From the NCBI RefSeq assembly GCF_000315625.1, contig NW_005434645.1:21413-85412 (forward strand): a DNA stretch of 64,000 bases. Direction: 5' to 3'. The translations under genes were made by a program, and so were the position numbers. This document shows positions 36,762 to 49,593 of the stretch, one piece after another. The stretch comes from Guillardia theta CCMP2712 (Eukaryota > Protista > Cryptophyta). The notes beneath the pieces are model-generated. The model saw only the letters and a program-made list of their open reading frames with translations. It did no database searches and had not been told where the DNA came from. The number at the start of each line of letters is the position of its first letter. The stretch's first letter is position 1.

Positions 36762-38537
36762 ATGGCTTCTGCAAACAGCTGGGACCAGGGAGGTCGTCTC
36801 AGCAGAGAGGATTTCAAGAAGCGACAAGAGCTGGAGGAGCTTAGAAAGTCTGGAGCGATCGAGCCAGAGCGAGATGAGGAAGGAAATGAGATCAACCCTC
36901 ACATCCCACAGTACATGTCCTCTGCGCCATGGTACTTGAACTCCAAGGGACCCACTTTGAAACATCAAAGGAATCTCAAAGTTCAGTCCATCACTGAGGG
37001 AGTTGCGGCTCGTGCAGTCCAGCCGGTTGGGAAGGGGAAGACCGTTTCGCGGACGAGGGACGAATTCGGAGAGAAGAAGAAGTCCAAAGATGATGACACT
37101 GATGCTCCTCGTGCAAACGGATATGATACAACCTATGCCGGCAAGCGCGACAGGTGGAACGGGTTCGATGCGGATATGTACATGAAGGTCGTGAAACGAC
37201 ACGAGCTGCTGGCAAAGGAGCGGCAGGCGTTGCGCGAGCAAAATGTCGACAAGTCACTGCAGGAGGGAGAGTCTTCTGCGTCGAGAGTGAAGCAGAAGGA
37301 CGAAAGTGACTCGTCGTCCTCTGACGATGAGGACGAGCAGAAAGACGCGGAGAAGGCAGAGATGATCGACCAGGATGGTAAATTGGTAGGACAGCAACTT
37401 GACACTGGCCGACTGGGTATGCAAACAAGAGTTTCTGTCAGAAATCTCCGTATTCGTGAGGACACTGCCAAGTATCTTCGCAATCTTGACGTGAAGTCTG
37501 CCTACTACGATCCCAAGACTCGTTCGATGCGTTCCAACCCTAATCCAGACAAGAATCCCCATGAATTGGATTATGCCGGTGAGAATTTCATCCGATATAC
37601 AGGAGATACTGTCAAGGTTGCCAAGCAGCAGCTGTATGAGTTGGAGGCGTACGAGAGAGGACAGGATGTGCACATGCTGGGTATGCCGACGCAGGCCGAG
37701 CTGCTGCACACCCAGTTCGAGGATAAGAAGACGTCTCTGGTTGAAAAGCAAAAGAAGCAGCTCTACGAGCATTATGGCGGGCAGGAATACGCAGAGAAAT
37801 CCATTCCACGAGCTGTCATCTTTGGGAACACCGAGCAGTATGTGGAGTACGCTGATGATGGTACCATCGTTAAGGGTCAGGTGAGGACATGGATAGTCTC
37901 TTGACTCTGTCTCGCTGATTGTGTGCTCGGCTACAGGAGCGAAGGGTCTTGAACTCCAAGTACGAGGAAGATAAGATGACCAACAACCACACCAAAGTCT
38001 GGGGCTCCTTCTGGTACAACGGCAAGTGGGGATACGCTTGCTGCTGTCAGTTCATCCGCAACTCGTACTGCACGGGCAAGACGGGCATCGAGGCCTTTGA
38101 AAAGCAGAAGGGAAGCCGGATGGGTCTGACTCCCTTCTTCGAGAACTCAAGCCAGATGGTTGCGACGATGCAGGCTCAGATCCAGAACCAGAAGCAAGAG
38201 AAGAAGGACAAGTCTGAAGGCTCCAAGAAGCTTGCCATCGGCGATCGCATGGTCGGACGCTCGTCCGACAGTTTTGACAAGAAGGCGCTAAAGAAGGCGC
38301 TCAAAGACGAGGAGAGGCGTGAGAAGCATGGTAGGATGAGCCTTGTCCTGTGTGTAACGAAGCTGACATGTGGCTGCAGACGGAGAGGCGGACGAGAGGA
38401 AGAGGAAGTACAACAGCCTTTCGACCACAGACGTGACGGAGGAGGAGATGGAGGCATACATGCTCAAGAAGAACCGCGGGGACGATCCGTTAGCTGGGTT
38501 GAGCAAGGGTGCCAACAACGGCTACGACTTTGTGTAA
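36762..38537 (+). CDS. SLU7: Pre-mRNA splicing factor SLU7
   Basis: [61 protein letters not shown]...[10 protein letters not shown]...[15 protein letters not shown]. Two introns. Confidence 0.96.
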
Positions 38538-38989
38538 GAGCTACTCTAGTTTGACTCTACTTGCCCGCGATGCTGCTGCATCGCTAACATGAACTAAGAG
38601 TGAAATGCATCATAAACTCTCTCGCTCTTACCTCTCGTGTGTCTCGCTCGCCTCTCGCTCCTCCTTATCCTCTTCACTCGCTCCCTCCCCTAAGAGTCTT
38701 GACCACCTCCCCTCTCTGTCCTTTTATTTCGCCGAAACTGAACCCAATAACCTTGTCCTTCCCTACTCCGCTCCCTCCGCTCCCTCCACCCTCACCTGCC
38801 CCTTCTCTTCCAGCGCCCTCCCTCCCCTAACTGAGACCCTCCCCTCTGCCCTCTGCTCTGCCCTCCCCTCCCCTCCCCTTCTTCCCCTCCTTTCCCTCTC
38901 CTTCCTCCGTCCTCTTCCTTCCCCTCTTTCATTGTCACTATTCTCCTCCTGGTCCTACACTGGTAGCCGCGGCTACCGGCCGCAGCCAC

Positions 38990-41471
38990 ATGCGCGATGC
39001 GCGATGGCTGCATGCGAGGCACAGAGCGGCAGAGGACGTGACGCGAGCGATCGAAGAGCTCGTGGACCAGCTCGAGTATCCCAGCATCAGCATTTTCGCG
39101 TCCGCACACGCGCCGAGGTACAGTCTGTGGAGGAAGGCGCTGGCAGGAGTGTTCAGCTACCAGGACCACTTCAACCAGCGGGCAGAGGAGCGAGCGAAGG
39201 AGATTCTGAGGGAGGAGAGGGCGAGGAGGGAGTTCCTCAAGAAGAACGCGCCTCTGACGACTGAGTTTGACCTCGATGTCGCCGTTACACTGCTGTGCAT
39301 GGCGGAAGACAGCATGTTTAGACCCTTTCCCCCACCAGCAGCCAAGGAGCAGGTGGAGGGGTCTGACATGCTACAGGTCAGACTAGAGGACATTGAAGTG
39401 CTCGCGCGCAACGTGGAGAGGAAGGCTATCCGGTCGATCTTCCACGAGGCTGGGCAACATCAAGTCTGGAAGGACTGGTGGAGGGACGTCCTGTCGAGGA
39501 TGATAGCGGCAGCCGAAGAGAGTCCGAGCTCTGGCGAGGAGAGGATCTCTAGAGAATTTTCAGAGGTGGAGGTATGCCTGCATCTGCTGGAGGAAGGAGT
39601 GGTGCACGAGGACTTGGATCGGAGCTCGTCGGATGTTCCCGCGGAGGTGCACGAGAAGTTGGAGGCGCTGGCGGACGAAGCAAGCATCAACGTCGTTCTC
39701 TCTTTTCTCAAGTCGTACGCCAAGGCCATGAGGGAGAGGATCAGCGCGTGCGATGTCTCTGTCGTGAAGCATCTTGTTGACTATGACAGGCACACTGGAG
39801 GGTTCCGACGTCTCTCCAGCTCCGTCAGGCCCACTGGCCCGACCGCTGCGTCCAGGAGAAAGGCAGGAGCAAGGACGGACGTCCAGGGTTCCTCCAAGGC
39901 TGATTCAGAAACCTTCGTTGCTGTTGTGTTGAAGAGCTTCCGAGACAAGTCGCTGTTTGTTCAGGTACTGTCATGGTGCATGTTGTGCCGCTGGGACCTT
40001 GACGGAGCTTGCTCAACGACAGGTGAAGTCGATAGAGTTCGACATGTTGTCCTCACGAGTCGAGCCATGGTTCGATAGCATCCTTGAGACTTTTGTTGAC
40101 GTCAACTGGCGCACAAGGAGAAAGATCAGCCCCGACTCGCTCGCCGTCCATCCGAGCGTTGTCTCCTTCCTTGTCCATCGACTGAGCAGTCCGACAAGGG
40201 AGGGGCAGGACCTGCAGGCCTCTGATGCCGACGACCAGGAGAGGAGACATCAACTTGCGGCCCTCGGAGCTCTCGCCATCTTTGCGCAGAACGAGGAGAA
40301 CGTGAGCAAGTCGGGCGCCCTCGACAGCCTCGTGCAGCTCCTCACGGGTTTCATGCAAGGCGATGCTCAGCAAGACGTCTTCACCGCCCGCTTGTTCGCG
40401 CTGGCCAACAGCCTCTGCAAGTTCGATGCGGTACTGGCTCCCCTCCTCGCCTGCGGCTACAGCGAGAAGGCGGTAAGAAGCCTCGACAGGGCGAGGGAGT
40501 CGGAGCTAGTCAACGAGAGCATGCTGTTCCTTGCCGTGAACGCCACAGTCAACCATGGAGAAGTTGTTGGAGCAGAAGCGAACTTGACCGAAGAAGCTGT
40601 CACGCGAGCTTCTCAGGTGGTAGATCAGCTGGACCCGACCAGGGGCCGAGATGCCATGGCGACCGGGTTGGTTGACAAGTACCTGAAACTGCTCAGAGCC
40701 ATCGCAGTCCAGCATCCGGAAATGATCCCGGTCAACGTGATAGGGCAGATCAAGACGGCGCTGACCTACATGTGGGACTTGAAGTCTGTGCTGGAGAACG
40801 CCTGCCTGGTGCTGCAGGCAGCGTGCTGGGGGCACGAGGAACGGAAGCAAGCATGCCATGACAGCGGCCTATCCTCCTTCCTCCTCAAGTTGCTCGACCG
40901 ATGCAAGGTGGACAAGGACAGCTCCCAGCACCTCTTCACCTCCATTCGCATCCTCTCCTCGCCAGCCTCCAGGCTTCACAAGGCAATAGCCCAGCACGTG
41001 GAGGTTTTCTTCCGGGTCCTCGACCTTCATCGAGGGGTCGGCAGTCTTGTGGAGAGCGTCTGCCTCATCTTCTGCAACATCTCCAAGCACGACAGCTCCA
41101 GCCTCCTGCATCACTCGGAGAAGCTCATCGACTACGTTGCTCAGCACGAGCAGGAACCCAAGATCGCCAGGAATGGGATATGGCTGCTGGCGAACATCTG
41201 CGAGGACCTGGAGTTCTGGGACCTGTACGATGACGAGTACGTTTATGAGATCGTCTTGCACCTCATGATCTTGCACGAGGACGACCAGGAGTTGCAGTAC
41301 GCAAGTCTACACCTGGCGCTCCTGCTCCTTAAACAGCGAGGGGAGCTGCAAAATGAAGAGATGCTGCTGCATCTCAGGAAGCAGGTCCAGACCTCCATGC
41401 TGAAGCACAGCGAGCATGCCGGGATCTGCAGGTTCGGGGACATGTATTTGAGGTACTCGTCGAGCCTGTGA
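38990..41471 (+). CDS. Helical/armadillo-like repeat protein, function unknown
   Basis: Two long ORFs joined by a GT-AG intron at ~39966-40023. ARM-like segments such as ENACLVLQAAC and NGIWLLANIC. Confidence 0.7.
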
Positions 41472-41626
41472 CGATAGCGAGGAGTGGAGGCAAGCGATGT
41501 AAGAGGAGGTGCTGCATACAAAGGAAAAGAGTTCATTCCGAGAATACAAAACACTTTTTTCCTCCATCTTGAAAGGAGAGAAGGAGCAGGCACAACACCC
41601 CCCCCGTTGCTTCCCTCCTGTCCTCG

Positions 41627-42596
41627 TCATTTCTTCATCAATGGGGCCCAGGGGTCTTCAACGAATGAGCTCTTGTAGTATGGTCTCGCCCCTCCTCCCC
41701 CTTCGCCCCTCTCCTCCCCGCCTCTCCCTCCTCCTCTCCCACCTCCTCTCCACCCTCCTCTGCCACCTCCCCCTCTGCCACCTCCCCCTCTGCCTCCTCC
41801 CCCTCTGCCTCCTCCGAAGTCATCACGGGGGTGATGTCCTCTGCCTCTGAACCCATGATCGCCTCGTCCTCTTCCATGTTGCCATTGACCTGATAGGAAG
41901 CGTTACTGATGTTACGACGGCGAAGCAGGAAGCATCATCAGAACAGCGAGGCGTGCCGAGACCTTGTTGTGTTTGATTGTGATGGAAAGGACGATGATTG
42001 TCCCCTTCGTTCCTGTCGGCAACGATCTCACCACCATGGAGCAAGACTCCCTGCCACATCCCCATACCCTGCATGCGAATCCATGGCGGAAAACGCCTGC
42101 ACCTCGAAGTTGCCGTTCATACCGCCAGACGGCAGATGAAATGAAGCATAGTATCTTGAGAGTCATCAGTACATGAGCTTCACATCAGGAGCTTCTCCTC
42201 ACCCGGGAGTACTGCCATCACCTGCCGCATGATAAGCCAGACTGTTGAGAAGGATCAGGAGCAAGCACAGACCAGCATGCGGCATTGGCATCCCCATAGC
42301 GTTCGTTTGTAGAAACCTTCCCACAGGAGGAATTCCTGCATGTCCTTGCATCCCTGGAGTCCCTGGCAGTCCCTCCATCCCCTGCTTACCAACGCCCTCA
42401 GCCTCGCAGATCCCGAAGCGTTCGTATTTACCTGACCTCCCTGCTCCTCGCCTCCTCCTTGCACCGGTGGAGCAGAGTGCTTTCTGCCAGCTTCGTCCTG
42501 CAGCTCCTTGTCTTCTTGCTCTTGCCTCTCTCTAACCTCTCTCGCCCTCTTCCTCATCGCCTCCAGCCGCTCGCGCCTCTCCGCCGCGTCCTCCAT
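41627..42596 (-). CDS. SICKLE / MPLKIP(TTDN1)-like protein with RGG box
   Basis: N-terminus MEDAAERRERLEAMRKRA, Pro/Gly-rich middle, RGG repeats, and C-terminus RPYYKSSFVEDPWAPLMKK* in a frame not shown in the ORF track. Confidence 0.72.
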
Positions 42597-42827
42597 TGCC
42601 CATGTGCCCTCCTCAGAGGTATCAGGGAGTCAACGGAACAACGAAATGTAACGGACACTGAAGCAAGACTGAACGGAAAGAGTAACGGTTTTGGAATACG
42701 ACGTACCCTCCCGAGCGAGGAAACTGAATAAAACTCAGTCAATAAAAATTTCAAATTAACAAAGATCATTTGTACATATGATAGATTTCTGAGTACCCCT
42801 ACCCCCAACGAATCATCCCCGCGCGCC

Positions 42828-45174
42828 ATGAGCTGGGCGGATCTAGCCGACGATGACGACGACGACTGGCTGCAAGACTCGCCCTTCCCCTCCTCCTCCT
42901 CTCAGTCTCCTTCCGTCCCTATCTCTTCCACTGTCTCTAGCTCCCCTCCTCAGAAGACTTCAGGATTTGCCCCTCCTCCCGCCACGACCTCTGCTCATGC
43001 TCCCAACAGGGCCTCCTCGCATTCCCACTCAAGCACGCCATCCTGGTCCTCTTCTGTGCCCAAAGCTTCTGTGCAGCCGTCCCAGTCAGCTCAGTTTGGT
43101 TCCATTCTACCCGACCCGCCGAACTCTTCGAAGAATGCCATACCTGCGTGCTTTCGGCTGACACCCCAACGTTCGTCTGTCACACTACCCGAGGATATAG
43201 CGGAGCCTAAAAGGGAATCCCCGAAAAAACCTGAAGCTTTTGCTCTTTCCATGCCTACCTCCACGGCAACGTTTTCCTTCGGCTCAACAGCTACATCGAA
43301 TTTCACGTTTGGACAGTCATCAACGACTAGTCAGTCTTCGTTGTTCAAGCAACCGGTTCAGACATCGACAACCGCCCAGCACGGTAAACTTTCAGCTGCT
43401 CCTGCACACTCGCGAGCCCCTCCAGCTGCTCCTGCACACACTCTCCAGTCATCCTCTCCCGCAACGCAATCTTTGATTTCCCCTATGTCGCGAACAAGTC
43501 CTTCGGCGCCTGCTGCAACAACAGAGATTGAGGAAAGCGTTGGGGTAAACAAGCACGAAAGCTTTATCACAAGTCTTTGCAAATTTAATGTGGCATTGGT
43601 AATAGCATAAAGCTGATTTGGCTTCATAGCTGACCTTCTTGCTTTTGCAGACAAAGCCAGCTTTGTTGGCCATGACAAAGTCGCAGTTACTTTCCCTGCG
43701 AATTCCGTAAGTTTTCAGATTGTTCATGCGCATTTGGGTACTGAGCGATATTTTCAGCATCGGAACCATCAAATATTTGCTAAGTCAGCCCACGAATAAC
43801 GTCCAAAGGCCAGACGTGCAAGCCAGGATGTCCCAACCGTACCAAGGTTTCCTAGACGCGATGAACCTGAATGTGACATCGCTCTGCATGATAGAGCAGG
43901 AGACTCCTCAGATCCGGGCTCTTCCCATAGGAGTGAGGAAACGCCTTCAGATGGTCAGGGGGGACCTTGACAGGGAGGCCCGTCACAGGCCCTCCACAGA
44001 CAACATGCAGATTCCTGTGAAAGTTCGGGAATACCTGGACGCCCTGCCCCTTGGCGTACGGGTTCATCTTCACTCGCTGTCAGGTTCTGTGGAGGAGTTG
44101 TGCCGGGAAAGCAAGAGCTCCGAAGTTGCTAAGGCTCCTGTTGTTGTCAAAGATGAGAACCAGGAGAAGGAGATCGAGAAACTTAAGAAGAAGCTGAAGG
44201 AGAAAGCAGCTGAGAACGCTTCCTTGATCTCAAAGTTGGACGACAAAGACAAGAAGCTGGCGCAATCGATCAAGGACAACGAGGCGAAGAGTCAGGAGAT
44301 CAAGGATCTTCATCACGTTGTGGAGAACGTCTCCCGCAACTTCCAGACTCTGAAGGACACCCTCGTCCAGAAAGAGTCCGAGCTAAGGGCTTGTCACGAT
44401 GAGATCAAGGCAAAGAAAGACATCATCCACAAGCTTGAATCGAAGATTCGGCACCATGAGAAGACCATCGCGAAGCTTCAGAACCTTGAGAACTTCCATG
44501 TTGAGCGAAGAATACCGCTCTACAAGAAGGCCGCGGCGTTCAAGAGGCTTGTCGCCGGGCTGCACGAAGAGCAGAGGGAACGCGTGAGGGAGGAGCGTGC
44601 TGGTGCGATGAGCTGCAGGAAGGAGAAACTGCGGTCTCTTGTGCGATGGAAGCAGTGCTTCATGGACAGCAGGGCGGAGGAGCTGGATGAGGTTTCTTCA
44701 CGCTACAAGGAGATCCGAGCGAAGATGTCGAGGATCGCTAACGAGCTAGTGCCCCTTGGAGCTTTCATCTCCTCCTCCTCCTCCTCCTCCCCTTCGATTC
44801 GCAGGTCTTTCGAGCGCTCGATGATCAGCCTGCGTGAGGGATTCATGGACGTGAGCAAGTACCCTCCACGCACAGCGGGCGAGGAGGAAGAGAAGGCATC
44901 TCCTCCTTCCTACCGGCGTCCTGGACGCTCTCAGCAAGCTGACTACCTGCTCAACGACTCAGAGAATCAGCTTGCCAACTGCATGACGCCTACAGGAAAG
45001 CTAGGTTCCCCCCTGCCCTCTCCTGGGGATCTCCACCACACGCCCATCGCCACAGACCGAACGCGGGAGATCGTTCAGAGTCCGCAGTCGAAGGAGAAGA
45101 CGTCAGTACAGAGGAATGTGCCCAAGGACCTGATCCGCTGGCTGCAGCGAGGAAACTTGTCGTCTACTCAATGA
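42828..45174 (+). CDS. Ser/Pro-rich plus coiled-coil protein, function unknown
   Basis: ORFs 42828-43610 and 43720-45174 linked by short introns; long heptad region EKEIEKLKKKLKEK... Confidence 0.7.
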
Positions 45175-45663
45175 CAGCAGGGACTTGGGCTGTTGGGTTG
45201 TTGGTTGATGAAGTAAATATGACACGAACGTGAGAGTGATGGAGAGGTTCTAGGAAGGGAGAGGTTCTAGGATGGAAGAGCTGATGGAAGAGGTTCTAGG
45301 GAGGACGAGGGTGCTGACAACAAGATGAAAGGGGAGAGGAGGACGGAGAGGTGGGAGGATTGGTGGGAGGCACAGCGTAAGGGAGCAGGGCAGCAGGCAG
45401 GCAAGCAGGCAGGACGGGTGGGATGCGGGTTCCCAAAAAAAAACTGATATGAGTTTGTTGGACTGGGGCGGGGAGAGAGGAGGACGGAGGGAGAGAGGAG
45501 CGACGGGGCGATAACAGCTAGAGAGGTAGAGGATGCGGAGACGGGTGGACAGTCGGCAGGAAGGGAGAAGGGGAGGAGGAGAGTGGCAAAAGAGGAAGTA
45601 AAGGAAGAAAGCGTCAAGGAGGACGGGGAGGGGAAGGGGACGGGAGGGCGAGGATCCGAGACC

Positions 45664-47570
45664 ATGGGAGGCACCAGCTCTGTGTGTGCGGATGTGAAGG
45701 CGAGAGGAAATGCATTGTTTGCTGAGGGCAAGTACGAGGAAGCGGTGGAAGCGTACACACGAGCTCTGGAAGCGAGCGGGCAAGACCAGACGCTGTGGAG
45801 CAACAGGAGCGCGGCCAGGTTGAAACTGGGCCATTATGGCTTCGCCCTCGCCGACGCGCTTTCTTGTGTCCACCTCGCTCCTCGCTGGGCCAAGAGCTAC
45901 TTCCGTCTCGCGAGCGCGTTCCTCGCTGCAGGCAGACCCGTCGAGGCAGCGGACAACTTCAGACGGGCGCTGGCACTGAGCCCGACGGACGCGACGATCC
46001 TGACGAGCTTGAAGGCGTGCGAGGAAAAGAGCGAGGGCGTGAGAGGACGAGGATACGTCTACTTCTGGGGACAGGCGGGATCAGCTGTGGGCGAGCAGGT
46101 GTCGTCAAGTACCCCAAGGATGCTCAAGAAGGCCATGGGCCGGCAGGTGCGGGACGTGGCCTGCGGGCTCGTACACTCGGCCATGGTGATGGGGAGCGGG
46201 GAAGTGCTGTGCTGGGGAGAGAACAAGTACGGGCAGTGCGGGACTGGGACGCAGGAGCAGACGGAGCACCCGACCTTCGTCGGCTCGCTCTTCGGAGTCG
46301 CGTGCATGTCCGTGTCCTGCGGGGGAGCACACACGGTGGTGGTCAGCGAGGACGGGAGGGTCTTTTCGTGGGGGCTGGGAGCCAACGGGCAGCTCGGGCA
46401 TGGGAGCAGAGACAACTTGACGACCCCCAGCGTCGTGCAGGCGATGAGAGGAAGGGACGTGCTGGCGGTCACGTGCGGTGTCGGGCATACGGTCATTGTG
46501 CTTGCTGGGGGGGAGCTGTACACGTGCGGATGGAACAAAAATGGTTCTCTCCGCCTTCATTTTCTGCCCCTCCTCTTCATCCTGCTCCTCCTGCTCCTAT
46601 CAGTTTTTCCAGAAACACCTCATCCTTCATCACACCTTCACTTCTCCTCCTGGTCCTCTTCTCCATCTCTCTCCCCGATCATCTTCCCGTTTCTCGTCCT
46701 GCTTATCATCTCCATCATCTCCATCATCTCCATCTTCTCCATCTTCTCCATCTTCTCCATCTTCTCCATCTTCGTACTTTCCATCTTATCGGCTGTTTGC
46801 AGGACAATGTGGAGTAGGGAGCACGAGCGACCTCCTCTCACCCCAATGCGTCGAAAGTCTGCGGGGTGAAGGGGTACAGCATGCTTCCTGCGGGGCAGGA
46901 CACACAGCAGTCGTGACAGGAGGAGGGGAGGTGTTCACCTTCGGCTCCGGCAGCTGCGGACAACTCGGCCATGGCGACTGTCAGGACTTGTCCATGCCCA
47001 GGAGAGTTGGGGCCCTGGTGGGGATCGTGATGTCCATGGTGGCATGCGGGGAGGAGTACACCGTCTGCGCTGCCTTCGATCATAGGGTGTTCGGCTTCGG
47101 GCTGAACAACGTCGGTCAGCTGGGGGCCAGCTCGACGTCCCATCCCTACCTGAGCGAGCCAAGGCAGATGGAGTTCCTCAAGGAGGAGGAGGTGGAGCTG
47201 TGCAAATGCAATCAGAGCGAAGTGATCGCGCTGACGAGGAGAGGAGCACTGAGAGCGTGGGGGGGGTCGAGCTTCCCCTCCTCCTCCTCCTCCTCCTCCT
47301 TCTCCTCCTCCTCCTCCTCCTCCTCCTCACAGCTGCGAAGCATCGCGGGCTTTGACAGGAAGACGGTGCAGAGAATTGAGTGCGGCAGACGACATGTCTG
47401 CATCCTCCAGCGATCTACTCACGCACAGGCTTGCAAGGTCAGATGAAGTTGCAACGAAAATCGATGACGATGATGATGATGATGAGGATGAGGATGATGA
47501 GGATGAGGATGATGATGATGAGGATGATGATGAGGATGAGGATGATGAGGATGATGATGATGATGATAGA

Positions 47571-47603
<33 letters not shown>

Positions 47604-49257
47604 AATGATGATGAGGAGGAGGAGGACGATTGGAAGATAGAGAAGACAATTGTACGGAGGGGGGAAAATAGCACGAGTAGGAAGTGCAGGAAGACGAGAC
47701 AGGTGGAAGGCGAGGAGGATGAAATAAGCTGCAGGCTGTTGGGGAAGCAACGTGCTGTGTACAAGCAGGGAAGAAGTCGAAGTTCAAGATCATCGCAGCG
47801 TACGAGGATGGAGAGCGAGTGGATCAGGTGGGTCGGAAGGGAGGACGAGGACGAGGACGAGGACGAGGATGAGGACGAGGATGAAGGAGGAGGAGGAGGA
47901 GGGAGGGAGAGGAGTCTTCTGATGCCATTACAGGGAGGGGACCGTTTCTCAGCTCTGCTGTTCTACGAAGACGGGAACTGCGAGTGCAACGTTAACTTTT
48001 CTCATCCCACTTCCCTTGCCGTGAGTGTTTCCCTTCAGATCTTCGTCGACGACAACTTCGATGGGACTTACGATGGCGAGCTGATCGCCCAGCATGCTGG
48101 GGAGGCTCGCCTCTGGATCCTACTAGGTCCTTCCCCTCATCAACCTTCCACCCTCCTCCTCCAACCCGTTCCTCCTCCTCATCCTTCACCGCCTTGCCTT
48201 GCCCTCATCATCGTATCCCCCTCTCTTTTCTCACTTCCAGCGTCATCTCTCCCCATGCTGTTCCTCTTTCCCTTCTTGCTTTCATCTAGACAGATCTGCC
48301 TGCTACCTCTGCATCACCTTCATCCTCTCACTTGGCTGTTGAAAAGATGGAGTTCACATTCAAGGCAGCCCTTATCATGTCAAGATTGAACCGCAGGAGG
48401 TTGAAACTTGATCGGCCATGCCTTCCCATCTTGAACTTGTCTTTACAGATCAGCTGCAAAGATTGTTTCGTCGTCTGCAAGACAAGCAGGTGCTCAACAG
48501 GTCTTGTTGCCTGATGGTTTGCATGAGTTCTGGGAGCAGAGAGAACAGCTATCACGAGGCCGGCCAGATGATGTTTGTCATGGTTTACTTGAGAGATAAG
48601 TGATAGAAGCAATTTCTTGCACTCCTCCCCCTGTAATCTTCACGTCAGGTTCAACAATCCATGCAAACCTGACCTTGCACGGATCAAACACTCCATCACA
48701 GTTGCGGAGAGCTCCAGGGAGGTTGGAGAGGTGACTTGATGAATGCCTCCATCTCCTGACGATGATAACATTTGTGTCTACAAGATTGAAACGAACATGG
48801 AAATCGACAAGACAGGAGCTGTGGTCCTGACCATGTGAAAGCTATCATTGTCATCCAATACCGATGTCTTGACGATCTTTAATCAAAGGGAGCCAACAAT
48901 CCGAGCAAATTACTTGATAGACGTTGGCGTGCTACGGGATTGGATGGTAGCATTGAAGCTGATGATAGGTTCTCTTCGACGGCAGTCAACTACCAGGGTG
49001 CCCCCTTGAAGTCGAAGTATCCTCTTCCTCCCTCCCTCCCTCCCTCCCTCCCTCCCTCCCTCCCTCCCTCCCTCCCTCCCTCCCTCCCTCCACTCCTCCT
49101 TCGCTCTTCAGCTATGCCTGCCGCTCTCTTTCCGTCCATCCTCCACTGTCCCGCCCTGACGAGGCATCTCACGGCTTGTCTTGCAGGTCTTTCCTACTGA
49201 GATCTCCCCGGACAAATGTCTCGTGGACGATAAAGGTAAGAGGAGGAGGAGGAAGAT

Positions 49258-49303
<46 letters not shown>

Positions 49304-49516
49304 GGGGCAGAACAAAACATCGCTGACATGCAGTGAAGGACTTGAGCCTTGTGTTGCCGGACAAGCGTCGAGCTTCACTGTGAAGCTTGTCGACAAGTAT
49401 GGTAACGATGGTGATTACATAATGCAAGGATCGAGCCTCTGGATACTGATGGATTTGGTCAAGGTGCAATCTTCAAAGATGGATACGTGCAGGTATGTTC
49501 AGGGAGAGGGAGGGAG

Positions 49517-49593
<77 letters not shown>

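Noticed and set aside
42500-42596. CCDC12/Cwf18 call from the N-terminal RRERLEAMR
   Set aside because: No LKFRNY or DLKRD motifs; the C-terminal EDPW motif fits SICKLE/TTDN1 better.
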